Of a stretch of DNA of 64,000 nt, positions 59,248 to 64,000 are shown in pieces. Every line of letters begins with the position of its first letter. Position 1 is the first letter of the stretch. Source of the DNA: an uncultured Chitinophagales bacterium (GTDB lineage: Bacteria > Bacteroidota > Rhodothermia > Balneolales > HLUCCA01); contig CAYYPL010000005.1 of the NCBI GenBank assembly GCA_964473555.1, positions 43,977 through 107,976 on the forward strand. Reading direction: 5' to 3'. Both the position numbers and the translations under genes were made by a program. The notes under the pieces are model-generated. The model ran no database searches. It was given only the letters and a program-made list of their open reading frames with translations, and was not told where the DNA came from.

Positions 59248-61281
59248 ATGAATCTATTCCAAAAATCATTGCGGAGTCTGTTACCCTTACTGGTGCTCAT
59301 AACGCTGGTTGTGTTCCCGGCTTTCGCCCAGCGCCCAATGACGGCCGATGATATCGCGGCAGTCAAAAACGTTGGATTCACTCAGATCTCGCCCGACGGA
59401 CAATACGTGGCTTACACCTTGGTGGTTCCGGCAGATCCAAAGGTTGAGAATCGATCCGCTTCCAGTCACTTGTATGTGTATAATGTGGCATCAGGTCAGA
59501 GTACAGCCCTACTCACTTCGGGAGCTATTGGAAACATCCAGTTCAGACCAGAAAAAGGTACCCTATCATTTATATCACGTCGTGATGGGGATCAAACTAC
59601 ATCACTTTACGAAATGCCTGTAACCGGAGGTGATCCTGTAAAACTGTACTCCCATGAAACCAACATTCTGATGTACAGCTGGGCTGCGGACGGGAATCAT
59701 ATTCTGTATACCGCCAATGAGATTGTTGAAAAACCAAAAACCGGGTTACCGTATGAACCCGAAATCTATGAAGAGTTCATCCCAAATCGGAGGTTGTTCA
59801 TCACCAATGTGAACATGGAAGACCATCCCCCTCATCGCGTAGACTTACCGGGGACCGTTTACCTGGCCGAATTCAGCCCTGACAAAAGTAAGATCGCAGT
59901 ATCTGTAGCGCCAACACCACACGTTGACGATCAGTATATGGCGCAGCGTATCCATGTGCTCGATTATAAGACTCGTGAAGTCATTGCAACGATCGACAAT
60001 GCCGGAAAACTTGGTGAGATTCACTGGAGTCCGGATGGTACTCAGCTGGCTCTTCGTGCAGCGAATGATTTGAATGATCCTACAGACGGGCGGTTGATGG
60101 TGGTTTCTGCAAGCGGAGGTACACCATTAAATATTGCTCCGGCATTCAAAGGGAAATTTGAGCAACTTCGCTGGAGTGATGCCAATACCATTCATTTCAT
60201 TGCCAGTGAGGGAGTTCATAGCACTTTTGGGACTATTCGTCCGGACGGTAGCGCATTCACAAGAGTCATCGAGCCGGGCGGACCGATATTGACCCGATTT
60301 ACGGTCTCAAAAAACGGACTGATCGCCTTTACGGCAAATACCCCAACACACCCGGCAGAACTATATCTGTATCGTGAAGTCAGGCGGAACATCAGGGAAT
60401 TGGTTCGTGCTACCGATTCGAATCCTGAATTGAAATCCATCCGTATGGCTCGGATTGAAGTGATTCGCTACGCAGCCCGTGACAACGAATATGAAATCGA
60501 GGGCATGCTGTATTATCCGTTGAACTACACAGAAGGTCAACGTTATCCCCTGATCACCGTGGTTCATGGTGGACCAGAAGCGCATTATAGCAATGGATGG
60601 TTAACCGGATACTCGACCGCCGGACACCAGGGAGCTGGTGAGGGATACTTCGTATTTTATCCGAACTATCGTGGTAGCACGGGGCGTGGTATCGATTTTG
60701 CTTACTCCAGCCAAGCCGATATGGCAGGCAAGGAGTTTGATGATATCGTAGATGGGGTAGATTACCTGATTGCACGAGGGCTCGTTGACCGTGACAAAGT
60801 TGGAGTAACCGGTGGATCGTATGGTGGATATGCTACTGCATGGATGAGTACCTATTATTCCGATCGTTTTGCTGCTGGAGTCATGTTCGTTGGGATCAGC
60901 AACAATGTGTCTAAATGGGGAACCAGTGACATTCCCGAGGAATTGTACCATGTCCATGCCCGTAAGCGTATTTGGGATGATTGGGAGGGTAAACTGAAAT
61001 CTTCTCCAATTTATTATGTAGACCGTGCACAGACTCCATTGTTAATTATGCACGGTAAAGAAGACACCCGTGTGCATCCAGCTCAGTCCATGGAATTGTA
61101 CCGCCACATTAAAGTTCGTAAGCCGGATCTGCCACTTCGTTTGGTGTATTATCCAGGTGAAGGTCATGGAAATACCCGAAGCACTTCCCGTTACGACTAC
61201 AATCTTCGTGCAATGGAATGGTTCAACAGACATCTCAAAGGGGAAGAAATCCAGCGTCAACGAGATTTGGAAGGCCAGTGA
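59248..61281 (+). CDS. S9-family serine peptidase (prolyl oligopeptidase / acylaminoacyl-peptidase type)
   Basis: The track ORF starts at 59134, inside the repeat. ATG 59248 gives the signal peptide MNLFQKSLRSLLPLLVLITLVVFPAFAQ. It has N-terminal beta-propeller SPDG repeats, the catalytic GxSxGG (VTGGSYGGY), an Asp (HGKEDTRV) and a His (YPGEGHG). Confidence 0.9.
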   Translation: MNLFQKSLRSLLPLLVLITLVVFPAFAQRPMTADDIAAVKNVGFTQISPDGQYVAYTLVVPADPKVENRSASSHLYVYNVASGQSTALLTSGAIGNIQFRPEKGTLSFISRRDGDQTTSLYEMPVTGGDPVKLYSHETNILMYSWAADGNHILYTANEIVEKPKTGLPYEPEIYEEFIPNRRLFITNVNMEDHPPHRVDLPGTVYLAEFSPDKSKIAVSVAPTPHVDDQYMAQRIHVLDYKTREVIATIDNAGKLGEIHWSPDGTQLALRAANDLNDPTDGRLMVVSASGGTPLNIAPAFKGKFEQLRWSDANTIHFIASEGVHSTFGTIRPDGSAFTRVIEPGGPILTRFTVSKNGLIAFTANTPTHPAELYLYREVRRNIRELVRATDSNPELKSIRMARIEVIRYAARDNEYEIEGMLYYPLNYTEGQRYPLITVVHGGPEAHYSNGWLTGYSTAGHQGAGEGYFVFYPNYRGSTGRGIDFAYSSQADMAGKEFDDIVDGVDYLIARGLVDRDKVGVTGGSYGGYATAWMSTYYSDRFAAGVMFVGISNNVSKWGTSDIPEELYHVHARKRIWDDWEGKLKSSPIYYVDRAQTPLLIMHGKEDTRVHPAQSMELYRHIKVRKPDLPLRLVYYPGEGHGNTRSTSRYDYNLRAMEWFNRHLKGEEIQRQRDLEGQ

Positions 61282-61310
61282 TCTACCTTCTTTCTGAATA
61301 CCAAGCGCAT

Positions 61311-61346
61311 AAAAAAAGGCCGACTCCTAACGGAGCCGGCCTTTTT
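61311..61346. terminator. Bidirectional rho-independent terminator
   Basis: The sequence is AAAAAAAGGCCGACTCCTAACGGAGCCGGCCTTTTT. It forms a 10-bp GC-rich stem with one mismatch, flanked by an A-run and a T-run, between the convergent peptidase and SusD-like genes. Confidence 0.8.
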
Positions 61347-61365
61347 AGTTTTAGCGGAACAACGA

Positions 61366-62760
61366 TTAGCTTCCGTAACCTGGATTTTGGGTCAGGTTAG
61401 TATTCACTTTCATTTCACGATCGGGGATCGGGAATACCAGTGCATTATCGTTCCATGGGATGGATTGACGAGTCAATGATTGTGTAGAGCCCTGCAGACG
61501 TTTCAGGTCAGTGAGTAGCAAGCCTTCGAACATCATTTCGTTACGGCGTTCTTTAAGAACATCAGCAAGTGTGACACTTTCCAATGGAGCCAATCCAGCA
61601 CGTGCTCTGATTGCGTTGATTTCTGCGACCGGGGCAACACCTCCAACGTTAGAACCTGTGCGGACACTGGCTTCTGCACGAATGAGGTGCATTTCAGCCA
61701 GACGGATCAGGGTGATATTTCTGCGTCGTGGGTCAACGGATGGGTCGCTTGAAGCATACTTCATCGACATACGACCGCGGCCGGTGGTGGTAAACAACGT
61801 GGCACGGGCATCGCCAACCTCGTAGTTGCTCAGATGTGCATCCAGTACCTGAATATCGGCACGTCCATAAGGAGTTGGGGCATAGAATACCGCCATATCG
61901 TTACTGAACGTAGTTGCTGTGTTTTGTACAGCAAAGATGGTTTCAGCACCGTTAACTGAACGGACGTAGTTGTCACGGATATTGCTGAACAGAGCATATC
62001 TGCCGGAGGAAATAACGCGATCTGCTTCTGCCCCTGCTGCTGCGTAGTTACCCATGACCAGGTGGACACGAGCCAGCATGGCGCTTGCAACATAGGTATT
62101 AGCGAAGAAACTGTTATTGGCAGGGAGCCCTGCTTTTGCATCCTGAAGGTCAGCAATGATCTGGGCAAATACTGCCGCTACAGAGCTTCTTTGTACCTGA
62201 AGACTCTCATCCACAACACGGGTAGGAGTGAGAATCAGAGGTACACCTGGATTACTGGATGGATTTCCATCGTTATAGGCTTTTCCGAAAACGGTGACCA
62301 GGTTAAAGTAAGCAGCCGCACGAAGGAACTTCGCTTCTGCTTCAGCTTTGGCCGCACCACTTGCGTCATTACCGAATACTCCCAAAGCATCAAGCACGTT
62401 ATTTGCGCGGTTGATTACGTTGTAGGAAGAACTCCAGTAGCCTGTAATAAAGCTGTTAGTAGTTAAGATAGCTTTGTCATTGACTTCACGTGGCTGGATG
62501 AAGGTACCGTTGAAGTACACTTCGTTCACGGGAACCGCGTAGATGTCTGTCAGGTACACGTAGCTACCTGCCCATGTATTCGCTCCTGTAAGAGCTGCAT
62601 ATCCACCCACGATCGCCGTTTGAATGTTTGCCGGGGAGGACAATGCCACGACATCGGAGATCGATGCCTGTGGCTCAAGTTCCAAGAGGTCGTCACAACC
62701 AGTAGCCATAACGCCTATCAGAAGAGCCATGAAAATTTTGTTCAATGTTTTCATATTCAT
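61366..62760 (-). CDS. RagB/SusD-family nutrient-uptake outer-membrane lipoprotein
   Basis: 464 aa with a lipoprotein signal (LLIGVMATGCDD). It has TPR-like helical segments typical of SusD (NRANNVLDAL, FLRAAAYFNLVTVFG, IRAEA). It lies immediately downstream of the SusC-like gene. Confidence 0.9.
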   Translation of the reverse strand: MNMKTLNKIFMALLIGVMATGCDDLLELEPQASISDVVALSSPANIQTAIVGGYAALTGANTWAGSYVYLTDIYAVPVNEVYFNGTFIQPREVNDKAILTTNSFITGYWSSSYNVINRANNVLDALGVFGNDASGAAKAEAEAKFLRAAAYFNLVTVFGKAYNDGNPSSNPGVPLILTPTRVVDESLQVQRSSVAAVFAQIIADLQDAKAGLPANNSFFANTYVASAMLARVHLVMGNYAAAGAEADRVISSGRYALFSNIRDNYVRSVNGAETIFAVQNTATTFSNDMAVFYAPTPYGRADIQVLDAHLSNYEVGDARATLFTTTGRGRMSMKYASSDPSVDPRRRNITLIRLAEMHLIRAEASVRTGSNVGGVAPVAEINAIRARAGLAPLESVTLADVLKERRNEMMFEGLLLTDLKRLQGSTQSLTRQSIPWNDNALVFPIPDREMKVNTNLTQNPGYGS

Positions 62761-62793
62761 GTGTTAATTCCTTGTTTACGATTGAGCTCTGGT

Positions 62794-64000
62794 TTAGAAA
62801 CCGATGTCAAAACCAAATGTGATGGTTCTGGACTGCGGAGCTGTATAGAACTCTGTACCCAGACCGATGTTACCGGCAAGGAAGTCAGTGTTCATTTCAG
62901 GATCATACCCTTCAAAGTTGGTCCATGTAAACAAGTTGACTCCTGTTACATAGATGCGCATTTTGGTAAGACCAACTGCATTCAGACGTGCAGAAGGAAC
63001 TGAATAACCGAAGGTTACATTTTTCAGTCGAACATATGATGCGTCCGTGATGTAACGGCTTGAATGCTGGTTACCATTGGTAATCAAATAACGTGCTTCA
63101 GGAACTCGTGTATTTGGATTTTGTGGGGTCCATGAATTCAATTGATCAGTGAAAGAGTTGTCTTCGAATACACCATTACCACGGCTCCATCGACCACTAC
63201 CACCGATATAGGCATCGTTACCCTCAACGAACTGGAACAATACGTTCAGTTCGAATCCTTTGTAGGTTAGGGTGTTACCGAAACCACCAATGAACTCGGG
63301 ATTTGGATTACCGATTACGCATTGAGTTGCAGCGTTGTAACTTGTGGTAGTTTGTTTAAACTCAGTACAAGCATCATCGTTATAGACATTGAACAAGGCA
63401 TTTCCGTTAGCTGGATCTACACCGGCGAATTCAGGAGCAAAGAATACCCCAATTGGTTGACCTTCGATGGCGCGGTTGACCTGACCACCAGTAAGGACCT
63501 GACCATCCAGGTTGGTTACTTTGTTCTGGTTTCTGGAAATGTTGAAGTTTGAAGTCCAGCGCAGATCACCGTTGAAGTTAATGGTATTCAATCCAAGCTC
63601 CCAACCTTTATTTTCCATATTACCTACGTTACGCAAAGAAGTGGTGAATCCGGAAGTAGCAGGAATCTGAACGCTTAACAACAGATCTTCGGTGTCTTTG
63701 ATATAGTAATCGAACTCACCAGTGATTCGGTTATTAAGTAAACCGAAATCAAATCCGATGTCGGTTTGAGCGGTTGTTTCCCAGGTAAGATTCGGGTTTG
63801 GAATCTGTGAAGGTGCAATACCTGATTGTCCACCGTAGGAGGTACCACCCCAAAGACCAAGTGATCCAAAGTTTCCGATACCCGCGTTACCGGTGATCCC
63901 GTAGCTGGCACGAAGTTTGAAGTAGGGCAGATACTCGTTCAGACCTGACATGAAACTTTCTTCGGTCAGAATCCATCCAACAGAAGCTGCCGGGAAGAAT
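62794..64000 (-). CDS. SusC/RagA-family TonB-dependent outer-membrane transporter, C-terminal part (gene continues past the right edge)
   Basis: The reading frame is open from the window edge. The track lists 62794..63951 from an internal Met. It is a beta-barrel sequence with NLFTWTNFEGYDPE and the terminal ...TITFGFDIGF (C-terminal Phe), paired with the SusD-like gene. Confidence 0.9.
   Translation of the reverse strand, partial: FFPAASVGWILTEESFMSGLNEYLPYFKLRASYGITGNAGIGNFGSLGLWGGTSYGGQSGIAPSQIPNPNLTWETTAQTDIGFDFGLLNNRITGEFDYYIKDTEDLLLSVQIPATSGFTTSLRNVGNMENKGWELGLNTINFNGDLRWTSNFNISRNQNKVTNLDGQVLTGGQVNRAIEGQPIGVFFAPEFAGVDPANGNALFNVYNDDACTEFKQTTTSYNAATQCVIGNPNPEFIGGFGNTLTYKGFELNVLFQFVEGNDAYIGGSGRWSRGNGVFEDNSFTDQLNSWTPQNPNTRVPEARYLITNGNQHSSRYITDASYVRLKNVTFGYSVPSARLNAVGLTKMRIYVTGVNLFTWTNFEGYDPEMNTDFLAGNIGLGTEFYTAPQSRTITFGFDIGF

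Overview
This 64 kb chromosomal window comes from a Bacteroidota/Balneolota-type (FCB group) bacterium. That placement rests on a SusC/SusD pair, a T9SS C-terminal sorting domain, lipoprotein-rich surface genes and a proteorhodopsin/blh pair. All protein family calls are motif and pattern recognition on the supplied translations; no database search was possible. I support about 45 protein genes and 2 tRNAs (Met-CAT, Leu-CAG). The region 1-20.3 kb is a surface-polysaccharide locus: DegT aminotransferase, CapD-like dehydratase, UDP-sugar dehydrogenase, two tandem Wzi-like outer-membrane barrels, GalE, GT2, a WbaP-type phosphotransferase and two GT-C membrane transferases. A T9SS cohesin/dockerin protein and a large amidase-like lipoprotein are embedded in it. 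The rest is mostly housekeeping or accessory: pcm, a USP-DUF368-LolA-like operon, monomeric icd, a TagF-like glycerophosphotransferase cluster, glycerate kinase, bactofilin, an RND efflux pair, glmS, DTE-motif proteorhodopsin plus blh, a Y-family polymerase, a hybrid histidine kinase, a tricorn-like protease, a pterin-related SDR/RibD_C/CYTH/FolB-cupin operon and an S9 peptidase. The stand-out feature is a dispersed family of modular simple-sequence elements. They are built from a small vocabulary of 7-8 nt tandem units: CACAG-type RCRCAGW, GGGATGA, GCGGGCAA, GTAAACA/CCGTTTA and GGGAGTG/GGAAGTA. I count ten clear and three or four degenerate loci. The elements often have a G-rich arm and the complementary C-rich arm flanking a 60-240 nt core, and they usually begin a few nt after a stop codon. 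Three copies lie inside a GT-C glycosyltransferase gene (14597..17005) without breaking the reading frame. One 210-nt array (17009..17228) is open in all six frames. I know of no description of such elements in this lineage. The nearest precedents are cyanobacterial STRR heptamer repeats, enterobacterial REP/BIME elements and in-frame Rickettsia palindromic elements.
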